Shown in pieces: positions 1 through 9,886 of a stretch of DNA of 64,000 nt. The DNA lies in contig JASGHG010000001.1 in assembly GCA_047602425.1 (NCBI GenBank), positions 1,344,001 to 1,408,000 of the forward strand, in the 5' to 3' direction. Both the position numbers and the translations under genes were made by a program. The first letter of the stretch is position 1. Every line of letters starts with the position of its first letter. A model generated the notes under the pieces. The model did not search any database. It was not told where the DNA came from and was given only the letters and a program-made list of their open reading frames with translations. This stretch comes from Nibricoccus sp. Lineage in GTDB: Bacteria; Verrucomicrobiota; Verrucomicrobiia; Opitutales; Opitutaceae.

Positions 1-4
1 GAAA

Positions 5-262
5 ATGACGATGCACATTGACGAGGAGGTTTTGGATCGGGTGATGAAGATCACAGGCGCAAAAACCAAGCGAGAGGCGGTCGAGATCGCCCTCAAAGAC
101 ATAGCGCGGCGTCACAAAATGAAAGAGCTGTTCACCGCTGGCCTCGGCCTGACCCCGGATGAATTAAAGGCGGCTTTTGCCAACGAGCCAGTTCCCGACG
201 ACACAGCCCACATCCGCGTTGCCGAAGAAAAAGCGCCCTATGGCAAACCTGATCATTCCTGA
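5..262 (+). CDS. vapB: VapB-family antitoxin (type II TA); true start may lie just outside the window (M-K-M-T-M)
   Basis: Short protein MTMHIDEEVLDRVMKITGAKTKREAVEIAL matches the RHH/DUF2191-type VapB pattern; overlaps the downstream PIN gene. Confidence 0.8.
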   Translation: MTMHIDEEVLDRVMKITGAKTKREAVEIALKDIARRHKMKELFTAGLGLTPDELKAAFANEPVPDDTAHIRVAEEKAPYGKPDHS

Positions 263-632
263 CAGCAACGTTTTCATCAATGCTACCCGCGCCGGACTCG
301 ACCCGTTCGTTGAGTTCGGCGCTCACGTTGAAGAATGGGAGTTCGCCACCTGCGGCATGATTGTCCTTGAGGTCACCCGAGGCCTGCGCTTCCCAAAAAT
401 TCTCCAAAGTTTCCGCGAGCGCTTTGCCGTAATGATCTACATTTCTACCACCAACCAGATATGGGAACGCGCCGCACAACTCGCCTGGTCGCTCGACCGA
501 CAGGGCATCACCCTGCCCGCACAAGACATCCTCATCGCCACCCATGCCCTCCATGCCGATGCCACCGTGCTCACCCACGATGCGCATTTCCAACATATTC
601 CGGGACTTCGCGTTGTTGATCGGTTGACCTAG
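240..632 (+). CDS. vapC: VapC PIN-domain ribonuclease toxin
   Basis: PIN motifs IPDSNVFI, LEV, QDILIATHA, VLTHDAHF; ATG at 240 overlaps the vapB end. Confidence 0.88.
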   Translation: MANLIIPDSNVFINATRAGLDPFVEFGAHVEEWEFATCGMIVLEVTRGLRFPKILQSFRERFAVMIYISTTNQIWERAAQLAWSLDRQGITLPAQDILIATHALHADATVLTHDAHFQHIPGLRVVDRLT

Positions 633-660
633 CGATGGTTTCACGCAGGATTTTGCCTGC

Positions 661-2040
661 ATGCCGCTCGTCTCGATCAACCCGACCACTGGACAGACGA
701 TCCATCGCTTCATCGAACACTCGCGACAGGAAGTCGATCGCGTGCTGGAGCGGGCACACCGCAGTTTTCTCGCCTGGCGTGAACTGGCCGTGACGGATCG
801 CGCACGTTTTCTGCGCAACACCGCAACCATTCTCAAGGCGGAACGCAACGCCCTCGCCGCGCTGATCACTTCCGAGATGGGCAAACCCATTACCCAAGCG
901 CGCGCCGAAATCGAAAAATGCGCCGCCGCGTGCCTCTACTATGCCAAGCACGGGGCCAAATTTTTAAAAACCGAGCACCCGCCGGAAGCGCCGCGCGGCA
1001 CCAAAGTCGTCTATGAGCCGCTCGGCCCCGTTCTCGCGATCATGCCGTGGAATTTTCCGTTCTGGCAGACGTTTCGCGCCGCCGTGCCTGCTCTGTTGGG
1101 CGGCAACACCATTGTTCTCAAGCACTCCTCCAATACCTGCGGTTGCGGCCTCGCGATCGAGGAGGTCTTCAAGCGCGCCGGCCTCCCCGCGGGAGTTTTT
1201 CAGACTCTGCTGGTTGGTTCGGCAGCCGTGCCCCGTTTGATCGCGAGCGAACAAATTGCCGCCGTCACGCTCACCGGCAGCACCGCCGCCGGCAAGGAGG
1301 TCGCCGAACTGGCCGGCGCCGCGCTCAAGCCCTGCGTGCTCGAACTCGGTGGCAGCGATCCGTATTTGATTCTTGGAGACGCGAATCTCGCCCTAGCCGC
1401 CGAGATCTGCGCCACCGCCCGTCTGGTCAATTGTGGACAGAGCTGTATTGCCGCGAAGCGTTTTATCGTCGTCGAGTCCGTGCGCGCCGCCTTCGAAGAC
1501 CAACTCGTCTCGCGCATCATGGCGCACCGCGTCGGCGATCCTTTTCTCGCCGATACTGCGGTCGGCCCGATGGCGCGGGCCGATTTGCGCGACGAAATCG
1601 ATCGCCAAGTCCGACAGAGCGTCCGCCAAGGCGCCTGTCTGCTGCTGGGCGGAAATATTCCCGACGGCCCCGGATTTTTCTACGAACCAACCGTGCTCGC
1701 TCACGTTTCGAAGGGCATGCCGGCTTGCGACCAGGAACTTTTTGGTCCGGTTGCCGCCATTGTCCCGGTCGTGGACGAAGAAGCCGCGATCACGGCCGCC
1801 AACGACAGCCGTTTCGGCCTCGGAGCCGCCATTTTCACCCGCGACATCCGGCGCGGCGAAGAAATCGCACACGAGCGTCTGGATGCCGGCATGGTGTTTA
1901 TCAACGATTTCGTCCGGTCCGACGTCAGTCTGCCTTTTGGCGGTGTAAAACAGTCCGGTTTCGGCCGCGAACTCTCCGCCCACGGGATGCATGAGTTCTT
2001 GAATATCAAGACGATCTGGACAAGTTCCGCCAAGCGTTGA
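661..2040 (+). CDS. NAD(P)-dependent aldehyde dehydrogenase, succinate-semialdehyde dehydrogenase (Sad/GabD1-like)
   Basis: IMPWNFPFWQ, TLTGS, LELGGSDP, catalytic GQSCIAAKR, ELFGP, PFGGVKQSGFGRELS. Confidence 0.88.
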   Translation: MPLVSINPTTGQTIHRFIEHSRQEVDRVLERAHRSFLAWRELAVTDRARFLRNTATILKAERNALAALITSEMGKPITQARAEIEKCAAACLYYAKHGAKFLKTEHPPEAPRGTKVVYEPLGPVLAIMPWNFPFWQTFRAAVPALLGGNTIVLKHSSNTCGCGLAIEEVFKRAGLPAGVFQTLLVGSAAVPRLIASEQIAAVTLTGSTAAGKEVAELAGAALKPCVLELGGSDPYLILGDANLALAAEICATARLVNCGQSCIAAKRFIVVESVRAAFEDQLVSRIMAHRVGDPFLADTAVGPMARADLRDEIDRQVRQSVRQGACLLLGGNIPDGPGFFYEPTVLAHVSKGMPACDQELFGPVAAIVPVVDEEAAITAANDSRFGLGAAIFTRDIRRGEEIAHERLDAGMVFINDFVRSDVSLPFGGVKQSGFGRELSAHGMHEFLNIKTIWTSSAKR

Positions 2041-2155
2041 CCGGTCGGGCAGACGGGTAAACTAGGCAGGGACCGATTTGTAACAAGCGGGTGACGCTGC
2101 GCTTTTGTGTCGTTTTACACGAGCCGACCCGTAGTTTCGCTGTCCCTTTTCAACC

Positions 2156-4330
2156 ATGACACGGCGCGCGAAAAAAATCCTGACCCCTCCCTCCGAGGAA
2201 CGTGTCGTGGAGCCGCGCAATACCGCGAGTCCCATCGTACCTGATTCCGCCAAGCCAGTTAAAGCGGCCTATTTCAATCGCGAACTCAGCTGGCTGGCCT
2301 TCGATCGACGCGTCCTCGAACAAGCCCAAAATCCCAAAGTCCCGCTGTTGGAGCGCATCAAGTTCCTCGCCATCGTCAGTTCCAATCTCGACGAATTTTT
2401 TGAAATCCGCGTCGCCGGCATCATCCAGCAGGTCGACTCCGACGTCACCGAATCGAGCATCGATGGACTCGGCCCGCGCGAGCAACTTCGCCGCATTCAC
2501 TCGGTCGTCGCTTCGTTGGTGGAGGACCAATATCAGTGTTGGCACGAGCAACTCGTCCCCGCTCTGGCCGAGGAGAACATACTCATCAAAACCGCCAAAG
2601 ATCTGACCAAGTCGGAACTGGCTTGGGTGCAGACGTATTTTTCGGAACAGGTCTACCCAGTGCTTACGCCGCTCGCACTCGATCAGTCGCATCCATTTCC
2701 CCAATTGGGCAACAAGACGCTCAATGTGGTCGTTTCGCTAGATAACCCTGAAACGTCAGAGGCCGAGAAAGCGGTCGCGCTTCTGCCCGTGCCCCGCATC
2801 CTTCCGCGGCTCGTCGCCATCGATCCCACCGCCGAGGGGCCGCAACGCTTCATCTTCCTCACCGAAATCATCAAGCTCTGCGCCGGCGAACTTTTCCCGG
2901 GTTACAAAATTCTCGGCGCCCACGCCTTCCGCGTCACCCGCAATAGCGACCTCTACATCGATGAGGAAGAAGCGGCCAATCTCCTCCAAAAAATCGAGGA
3001 GGAACTCCGCAATCTTCGTCGCGGCGCCGCCGTGCGCTTAGAGATAGAAGATGGTGTGGACGACAAAATCTTCGCCACCCTCTGCGAGCATCTCGATCTC
3101 TCGCACGAGTACGTCTTCCGCCTGAACGGGCCGATCAATCTCCTCCGGATCATGAGCCTGACGGAAATTCAGCGGCCCGATCTCAAGTACCCGCCTTTCA
3201 CGCCGGTCAATTGCACGCTACTCAAGCAAACCGAACGTATCTTCGACACCGTGCGCCAGCAGGACGTGCTGCTCCACCACCCGTACGATTCGTTCACACC
3301 GGTCGTGGATTTTGTCGAACAGGCCGCGCGCGATCCACAAGTCTTCGCCATCAAGCAAACGCTCTACCGCACCAGCGGCGATTCGCCCATCGTGCGCGCC
3401 CTCATCGAAGCCTCGCACAATGGCAAACAGGTCACCGCCTTGGTCGAGCTCAAGGCCCGTTTCGACGAAGCCAACAACATCCAGTGGGCTCGTCAGCTTG
3501 AGGAAGCTGGCGTACACGTGGTGTATGGACTGGTTGGGCACAAGACACATTGCAAATGCAGTCTCGTCGTCCGCCGCGAAGGCAAGGGAATGAAACGCTA
3601 CGCCCACCTCGGCACGGGCAATTACAACCCCCGCACCGCCAAGCTCTACACAGACCTGAGCTGCTTCACCGCCCGCGACGAGATTACTTCCGACGTCGCC
3701 AATCTTTTTAACTCGCTCACCGGCCTCAGTCGCGCGCCTGAATTCGAAAATCTCCTCGTCGCCCCGTTCAACCTGCACCGTCGCATCCAGGAATTGATCC
3801 AGCGCGAAACCGACAACGCCGCCGCCGGCCGCCCGGCCCGGATCATGGCGAAAATGAATTCGCTCGTCGACCGCGTCACCATCGACAACCTCTACGCCGC
3901 GTCGCAGGCCGGCGTAAAAATCGACCTCATCGTGCGTGGCATCTGTTGCCTGGTTCCCGGTGTGCGCGGGCTCAGCGAAAACATCCGCGTGCGCAGCATC
4001 GTCGGTCGTTTTCTCGAACATGCCCGCGCTTTCTATTTTGAAAACGATGGCGGCGGCGGACCTCGCATTTACCTCGGCAGCGCGGACTGGATGCCTCGCA
4101 ATTTTTTCCGCCGCATCGAAGTGGTCTTTCCCGTGCTCGATGCCGGCTTGCGTCGCTGGGTCAGCCAGGAACTTTTTGGCATCGAATTCCAGGACAACGT
4201 CGACGCCCGCGAACTGCATGCCAACGGCGCGTATCTTCCCGTCGCGCGTTCCTCGACGCAGCCTTCGTTTTCCACGCAAAACTACTTTGTCGCCGCCAGC
4301 GGCGAACGTTTGCGCAACAGTCTGGTTTGA
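2156..4330 (+). CDS. ppk1: Polyphosphate kinase 1
   Basis: [60 protein letters not shown]. Confidence 0.97.
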   Translation: MTRRAKKILTPPSEERVVEPRNTASPIVPDSAKPVKAAYFNRELSWLAFDRRVLEQAQNPKVPLLERIKFLAIVSSNLDEFFEIRVAGIIQQVDSDVTESSIDGLGPREQLRRIHSVVASLVEDQYQCWHEQLVPALAEENILIKTAKDLTKSELAWVQTYFSEQVYPVLTPLALDQSHPFPQLGNKTLNVVVSLDNPETSEAEKAVALLPVPRILPRLVAIDPTAEGPQRFIFLTEIIKLCAGELFPGYKILGAHAFRVTRNSDLYIDEEEAANLLQKIEEELRNLRRGAAVRLEIEDGVDDKIFATLCEHLDLSHEYVFRLNGPINLLRIMSLTEIQRPDLKYPPFTPVNCTLLKQTERIFDTVRQQDVLLHHPYDSFTPVVDFVEQAARDPQVFAIKQTLYRTSGDSPIVRALIEASHNGKQVTALVELKARFDEANNIQWARQLEEAGVHVVYGLVGHKTHCKCSLVVRREGKGMKRYAHLGTGNYNPRTAKLYTDLSCFTARDEITSDVANLFNSLTGLSRAPEFENLLVAPFNLHRRIQELIQRETDNAAAGRPARIMAKMNSLVDRVTIDNLYAASQAGVKIDLIVRGICCLVPGVRGLSENIRVRSIVGRFLEHARAFYFENDGGGGPRIYLGSADWMPRNFFRRIEVVFPVLDAGLRRWVSQELFGIEFQDNVDARELHANGAYLPVARSSTQPSFSTQNYFVAASGERLRNSLV

Positions 4331-4374
4331 CCAAATGATAGGGCTGGCAGCGGCAAATAAGGACCGCGATGGAA

Positions 4375-4797
4375 TCAGTTTTTCAGCACGGTCTTTTCCA
4401 CCCGCTTTACTGAAACGAACTTGGCGCGGAAAAGCTCATCCAAAACCTCGCGAGCGGCATTGGGAATACGCTTCACTAGTTCGTCAAGCGATGGCAGCGG
4501 AGTATCAGGCGCGCGTTCATCGTCGGGCGCGCTCCCGTTTGCGACCATCGCTCCGGTTGGCGCGGAACCTTCGGGCCAGACAAATCCTTCTTCGTCGGGA
4601 GGCGCACCATTTACTTCATTGGACTGGTTTGGCTCAGCCTTCGCCGTAGCCTCAGTCTCGGACTCTTCTTCTTCCACCCCTTGACCGCCAGCTTCCGATG
4701 TTTGGCTTCCCGTTTCCGGCCTTTGGTTCCCAGCGCCCGGCTTCTGCTCAGCCGCGATGGCGGTCCGCAATCTCAATTCCAATTCAGCAATCAGGTC
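4375..4797 (-). CDS. Probable C-terminal part of DnaX tau (linker plus domain-V-like end), reached by a -1 shift from dnaX
   Basis: The -1 frame is open from the A10 run ([11 protein letters not shown]...) with only a TTG as independent start; acidic/Pro linker, then LDELVKRIP...[18 protein letters not shown] resembling tau C-termini. Confidence 0.65.
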   Translation of the reverse strand, partial: DLIAELELRLRTAIAAEQKPGAGNQRPETGSQTSEAGGQGVEEEESETEATAKAEPNQSNEVNGAPPDEEGFVWPEGSAPTGAMVANGSAPDDERAPDTPLPSLDELVKRIPNAAREVLDELFRAKFVSVKRVEKTVLKN

Positions 4798-5945
4798 TTT
4801 TTTTTTTCGCCGTCGGCCGCCGAATCCGGGGCTTCCTCAGCCAGGGCGGAGAGTTCCTTGATCAAGCTGTCGATCGCGCGTGCGCGGCTGGCTTCGACAG
4901 CTTTGAGGAGTGTGACTTCGAAATTAATTTTCTCCGAAAGGCCAAGCTTCACGCTGCCTTCGCCTTCGCGGAGACCGTCGAGCAAACGCGTCAATTGCTC
5001 GGTCGTCATCGAGATATTCCCGAGTTTGTCGCTATGACCGCCCTTGGCGATCGCGTCGAGCAAAGCTTGCCGAACCAGCGCCTGGAGGTCAGTGAGCAGA
5101 CGCACCAGGTCACGGCCGTTCTCGTCGCAATCGTCAACGATTTCGACGATCTTCTGGTGATCGCCTGCGGCCAGGGCGCCGGCGAGCGCGGCGATTTTTT
5201 CGGCAGCCACCAAGCCATAGACGTCGAGGACGTCGGGCTCGTCGATTTCGGTGCCGCAGAAAGAAATCATCTGGTCGAAAATCGATTGGGCGTCGCGCAT
5301 GCCGCCGTCGGCCATGCGAGCGATGCAGGCGAGCGCGGCGTCGGTGACTTTTATTTTTTCCTCGGTCGCGATCTGCTTCAGTCGTTGCACGATCAATTCC
5401 GCCGAGATCGGCTTCAGGTCGAAGCGCTGGCAACGCGAGATGATGGTCGGCAGCACCTTTTGCACGTCAGTCGTCGCGAAAACGAATTTCACGTGCGGCG
5501 GCGGCTCTTCCAGAGTTTTGAGCAGCGCGTTAAAGGCCGCCGTCGAAAGCATGTGCACTTCGTCGATGATGTAGACCTTGAACTTGCCCTGAGTCGGCGC
5601 GTAGCGGACGTCGTCGCGTAGATCGCGGATTTGATCGACGGAGTTGTTGGAAGCGCCGTCGATTTCGATCACGTCCATCGAAGTGCCGTCGGCAATGGCT
5701 TTGACCACCGGGTCGTTTGGATCGAAGTTTGCGTTCGGGCCGTTCGTGCAATTGAGCGCTTTGGCGAAAATTCGAGCTGTCGAGGTCTTGCCCGTGCCGC
5801 GCGGACCGACAAAGAGGTACGCGTGCGCAATGCGGTTGCGCACGATGGCATTTTTTAGAGTCCGCATCACGTGGTCCTGCCCAACGACGTCATCGAACGT
5901 CTGGGGACGCCATTTACGGGCTATGACTTGGTAGGTTGCGGACAT
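4791..5945 (-). CDS. dnaX: DNA polymerase III subunit gamma/tau (0-frame product 384 aa, gamma-sized)
   Basis: [56 protein letters not shown]. Confidence 0.97.
   Translation of the reverse strand: MSATYQVIARKWRPQTFDDVVGQDHVMRTLKNAIVRNRIAHAYLFVGPRGTGKTSTARIFAKALNCTNGPNANFDPNDPVVKAIADGTSMDVIEIDGASNNSVDQIRDLRDDVRYAPTQGKFKVYIIDEVHMLSTAAFNALLKTLEEPPPHVKFVFATTDVQKVLPTIISRCQRFDLKPISAELIVQRLKQIATEEKIKVTDAALACIARMADGGMRDAQSIFDQMISFCGTEIDEPDVLDVYGLVAAEKIAALAGALAAGDHQKIVEIVDDCDENGRDLVRLLTDLQALVRQALLDAIAKGGHSDKLGNISMTTEQLTRLLDGLREGEGSVKLGLSEKINFEVTLLKAVEASRARAIDSLIKELSALAEEAPDSAADGEKKKT
4797..4807 (-). other. Slippery site: A10 run ending in A_AAA_AAG, just upstream of the dnaX stop
   Basis: Minus strand reads GAA AAA AAA AAG ACC TGA; T10 at 4798-4807 on the plus strand. 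Confidence 0.7.
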
Positions 5946-5958
5946 GCGGACTATAAAA

Positions 5959-6046
5959 AGCTGAAAGACTGAAGGACTGACGGACTGAAAAATCCAGCCT
6001 GCGTTTCGCAGATCGAAAAAAATTTAGCCTTCCAGTTTTTCAGCCT
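5959..6046. repeat. Octamer tandem repeats (GACTGAAR-like x4) with inverted counterparts, forming an imperfect hairpin between ffs and dnaX
   Basis: AGCTGAAA GACTGAAG GACTGACG GACTGAAA at 5959-5990; TTTAGCCT TCCAGTTT TTCAGCCT near 6023-6046. Confidence 0.55.
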
Positions 6047-6060
6047 TTGGAAAAAAAAGT

Positions 6061-6156
6061 GGCCAGGCACTCCACGGCACTGGGAGAACGTCGTTGCCGT
6101 TGCTACCTTCCGGTCCTGGCGGAGTTCACGCGTCTGCCCATGCATGGCACCTGGCC
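6061..6156 (-). ncRNA. ffs: Signal recognition particle RNA (small, 4.5S type)
   Basis: Minus strand has the conserved domain IV CAGGACCGGAAGGTAGCA; ends GGCCAGGT...GCCTGGCC pair; followed by a U8 tract; classic ffs-dnaX synteny. Confidence 0.93.
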
Positions 6157-6299
6157 GAGGCGAACAGTGCCCCGCTTCCGCGCCCCGGCAACAACTATTT
6201 TCAAGCTTATAACCGCCGTGGGCTTTGGAGTTTCGCCCACAAGCGCTTAAATTATGCAACCCCGTCAGGTTGCCAGCGTCATTTCAACTTCCCGCTTCG

Positions 6300-7517
6300 A
6301 TGAAAACTTCCATCTTCATCGCCTTTTTCGCCGCCACTGCGCTCTCCGCCTTCGGTGCCGATGCCACCGCCGGCAAAACCACGCCGCCGGAGAAAGCCAC
6401 CGCCTCGCTCAAGGGTAAAATCTATCCGGACGAACATAAAACCTTCGTCGCGCCCGAGTCCGGATTGGAAGTCATCCAACTCACGTCCGACCCCGCCGAT
6501 GACGCACATCTCTATTTTACCGGCGACGGTTTCGTGCCCGATGACCATGGACTCGTCTTCACCTCCAAGCGCACCGGCCGTTGGAATCTTTTCTACCTGA
6601 ATCTGGAAACCTTCCAGTTTGTACAACTCACAGACGGGAAAAAAATCAGCGGGACTGGCGCCGTCGTCTCGCCCGCCACCATGGAGGCGTATTTCCGCGA
6701 TGGCTCGGAAATCAAAGCCGTGCACCTCAAAACGCTCGCCGAGCGCACCATCACAACCGTGCCCAAGGGCTACAACGTCTCCACCCTTTCGGTCACGGTC
6801 GATGGCCGCTCCCTCGCCTACTCGATCCAGGAAGACATTCCGATCACATCAAAAACCGACAAAATCTATTCCGACATGGCGGAGCGGTTTCAAAAACGCC
6901 CTTGGAGCGCCGTTGTCACGGGCCGTACGGATGGCACCAACTGGCGTGAATCCATTCGCATCAAGAAATGGCTCAGCCACACGCTCATCAATCCGCTCAA
7001 CGAAAACATCATTCTCTATTGCCACGAAGGCTCGTGGGGCGACGTCGAACAACGCCTGTGGCTCATCAGCTCTGGCGGCCGCGACAATCATCCGCTTCGC
7101 CGTGAGGAAACGCCCGCGGTGAAGATTGGCCACGAATTCTGGTTTCGCGACGGCATCCATGTCGGGTATCAGGTGCAAGTCCCCGGGGAACCAAAATCCA
7201 TCGGCATCGCCGATATTCTTGACGGTTCCTATGTCGAACATCCGGCGCCCTACAATGACAGCCACGTGCAGGCCAACAGCACGGGCGAAACGTTCGTTGG
7301 CGACGGGTCCGAAAAGGAGCCGTACATCAATCTCTACCAACTCGCCAACGGCAAACTCACCGGCCGCCACCTCTGGAAGCATGAAGGCTCCTTCTCGCAA
7401 CAGCACTGGCATCCGCATCCACGCTTCTCGGCCGACGACAAATATGTGCTCTTTACCAGCTCACGCGGTGGCAATGGCAATGTCTACCTGATCAAGCTGG
7501 AAGAGCCAAAAAAGTAG
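6300..7517 (+). CDS. Oligogalacturonate lyase family (PL22/Ogl-like) beta-propeller with signal peptide
   Basis: LYFT, LYCHEG..QRLW, GHEFW, QQHWHPHPRFSADDKYVLFTS; N-terminal MKTSIFIAFFAATALSAFG. Confidence 0.8.
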   Translation: MKTSIFIAFFAATALSAFGADATAGKTTPPEKATASLKGKIYPDEHKTFVAPESGLEVIQLTSDPADDAHLYFTGDGFVPDDHGLVFTSKRTGRWNLFYLNLETFQFVQLTDGKKISGTGAVVSPATMEAYFRDGSEIKAVHLKTLAERTITTVPKGYNVSTLSVTVDGRSLAYSIQEDIPITSKTDKIYSDMAERFQKRPWSAVVTGRTDGTNWRESIRIKKWLSHTLINPLNENIILYCHEGSWGDVEQRLWLISSGGRDNHPLRREETPAVKIGHEFWFRDGIHVGYQVQVPGEPKSIGIADILDGSYVEHPAPYNDSHVQANSTGETFVGDGSEKEPYINLYQLANGKLTGRHLWKHEGSFSQQHWHPHPRFSADDKYVLFTSSRGGNGNVYLIKLEEPKK

Positions 7518-7527
7518 TCTTCGGCCC

Positions 7528-9792
7528 TCAAGCCATCCAGGTCTGACTCACCGGCGGAAGCGCGGAGCCAGTCGCGCTCGCGGTGAGCTTGAACTGGCGA
7601 ATGCCGGCCGGCAGTCGCAAAAGCACCGACGCAATTCCAGCCTCAGCAGCAATTTTAGCGGGACCGACAATTTCGGCACCGCCTTCTGCGACAAACGCAA
7701 TTTCGCCGGTCTCGCCCACGCAGAGGTTGCTCTTCGCGTCCAACCAGCTCGCATGCGCAAAAAGCAAATCGGATTCCTCTCCAGTGGCTGCCACCCCTTC
7801 GTTGTCGATGCGGAGTTGGATTTTCACCGGCGCACCGGCCGTGCCGACACCATGGGTGGCAACTTCCTTGCCGCCAATCAGGCCCACGGCTTCCAACCGG
7901 CCAGGCTCGAAGCGCGGAAGATCGAAAACGAACGGCGGATGCGGAAGAAACTGCGTTGAAATGGCCTTCGCCGGCGATTGACGTCCAATAACCGAACCAT
8001 TGAGACGAAGCTCCACTTCTTCGCAATTGCTGAAAATGAGCACGCGAAGATTCGACGACTCCAACCAGTCTGAAGCGATAAAAACGGACGGCCCGCCCGC
8101 CCAATTCGTCCCACCTTCGTCCGGATCGCGCTGACTGCGGTAGAAATGATATGAGTACTTGGGCAGACGAAAAACATCCATCACGCCGGTGGCCGCGCGC
8201 ACCGGGTGATAACCGCGCGCGTAGTCAAATACCGTCCATTGGCCGTCGAGCACGGCGGGCGACGAAAGCGTGTCGTTTAGGGCTACAATATGGTTCGTTG
8301 CCTGCTGGCGTTGACCGCGTTCGCCGGAGGAGCGGAATTGACGACTGTTGCTCCAGGCGGCGTGCAGACCCGCGCCCGTCTTTTGATCGAAGCCGTGATT
8401 GCAGGCGTAGAACTCCCAATCGCCATATTCGGCGACAACGAGCGCCTTGTCGGCGTTGCGCCAGCGATGCATTTCCCCGTGTTGACGCGAGTGAATGTAA
8501 ACGTCGTAGCGATCCATCCAGCCACAGGTGAACATCTGGTCGCCTGGCATCTCTTCGTGGCCGATTGCGTGCAGCCGAGCCATGAAATCCTCGGGCATAT
8601 CGGTCTCGTTGAGCGAAAGTTCCCAGAGCACGATACAGGGATGATTGCGATCGCGGCGGATGACGTCGCGGGCATTTTGGTAGCAGGCTTCGCGAAACTT
8701 TTCCCCACCGATAAACTGCCAGCCAGGGATTGCATTCATCACCACAAGGCCGAGTTCGTCGCAGGCATCGAGGAAATCGGGCGATTGGGGATAGTGCGAA
8801 AGACGGACGTAGTCGAAACCGGCTTCCTTGATTCGTTTCGCGTCGCGAACCTGGGCGGCGCGCGGAAGCGCATAACCAAGATAAGGATATTCCTGATGGC
8901 GATTAGTTCCGCGCAGTCGCACCCGGCGGCCGTTGATCACAAAACCGCCCGAGCGGGAAAACGCGATGCGCCGGACGCCAAAGCGTTCCGTGCGTTGGTC
9001 GAGCACCGCGCCGCCGGAATCCAGCACTGTCACTCGGACCTGGTAAAGCGAAGGTTTGAATGGGCACCAGAGCCGCGGGTTGCGCAACGTCAGTTCAATT
9101 TCCGCGTGGGCGGCCGCACCGGCGGCAAGAGCGAGCGCGGGACAACGGCCGGTGGCGGCAACTTCGCCGCCGAACAGAAATTCGACCACCACGACCGGCA
9201 TCTGATTGGTCGCGGACGTATTTCGCACGTGCGTTTTGACGGCAACAACGGCCTCCGTCTCGGAAGCGCGCAACGTTTTAACGAACAATCCACCACCGGC
9301 AACTTCTCCGGCCGCCACGGCATCGGTGATATGAACGGGCGGATAAACGCGCAGTTCCACTTCGCGGTAGAGCCCGCCATACCAGCAAAAATCGAGATCG
9401 GCGAAAGGCTTGCCGGGAGGCACGTCGAGGTTGTCCCGATTGTCGATCTTGATTGTGAGTTCGTGGGAGCGCCCGTCGTGCAAAGGCGCAGTGAGATCAA
9501 CTTCGAAAGGCAGATAACCGCCGCTGTGCCGTGCGATCGAAAGGCCGTCGACCAAAACTTCAGCCGTGTGCATGGCGGCGCCAACGTGCAACACGATGCG
9601 CGAGTCGGCCGCGGGCGGCGCGATTTGCACCGTACGTCGATACTCACAAATACCGAACCAATGGCCATGCCCATCGACATTCACCGTGGCAGCCGAGTGC
9701 GGCAGATCGACCTGCGCGGCGGGTTCTGCAACGCCCGAGGAGTTCAGGCGTCGGAAATTCCAACCGCGGTCCAGCTTGAAAATCTGCAACAT
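7528..9792 (-). CDS. Glycoside hydrolase family 2 (beta-galactosidase-like), no signal peptide
   Basis: HSGGYLPFEVD, YGGLYREV, GTNRHQ, RLSHYPQ, WELSLNE, AEYGDW. Confidence 0.9.
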   Translation of the reverse strand: MLQIFKLDRGWNFRRLNSSGVAEPAAQVDLPHSAATVNVDGHGHWFGICEYRRTVQIAPPAADSRIVLHVGAAMHTAEVLVDGLSIARHSGGYLPFEVDLTAPLHDGRSHELTIKIDNRDNLDVPPGKPFADLDFCWYGGLYREVELRVYPPVHITDAVAAGEVAGGGLFVKTLRASETEAVVAVKTHVRNTSATNQMPVVVVEFLFGGEVAATGRCPALALAAGAAAHAEIELTLRNPRLWCPFKPSLYQVRVTVLDSGGAVLDQRTERFGVRRIAFSRSGGFVINGRRVRLRGTNRHQEYPYLGYALPRAAQVRDAKRIKEAGFDYVRLSHYPQSPDFLDACDELGLVVMNAIPGWQFIGGEKFREACYQNARDVIRRDRNHPCIVLWELSLNETDMPEDFMARLHAIGHEEMPGDQMFTCGWMDRYDVYIHSRQHGEMHRWRNADKALVVAEYGDWEFYACNHGFDQKTGAGLHAAWSNSRQFRSSGERGQRQQATNHIVALNDTLSSPAVLDGQWTVFDYARGYHPVRAATGVMDVFRLPKYSYHFYRSQRDPDEGGTNWAGGPSVFIASDWLESSNLRVLIFSNCEEVELRLNGSVIGRQSPAKAISTQFLPHPPFVFDLPRFEPGRLEAVGLIGGKEVATHGVGTAGAPVKIQLRIDNEGVAATGEESDLLFAHASWLDAKSNLCVGETGEIAFVAEGGAEIVGPAKIAAEAGIASVLLRLPAGIRQFKLTASATGSALPPVSQTWMA

Positions 9793-9886
9793 GGGCGAAA
9801 AAATTCAGGTATGTTCGATTTAAAATTTAACTCTTTAATCTTTTGAGGTGCGAAGTTTCAGAGCGTTTCCATTTACTGGTGTCAGC

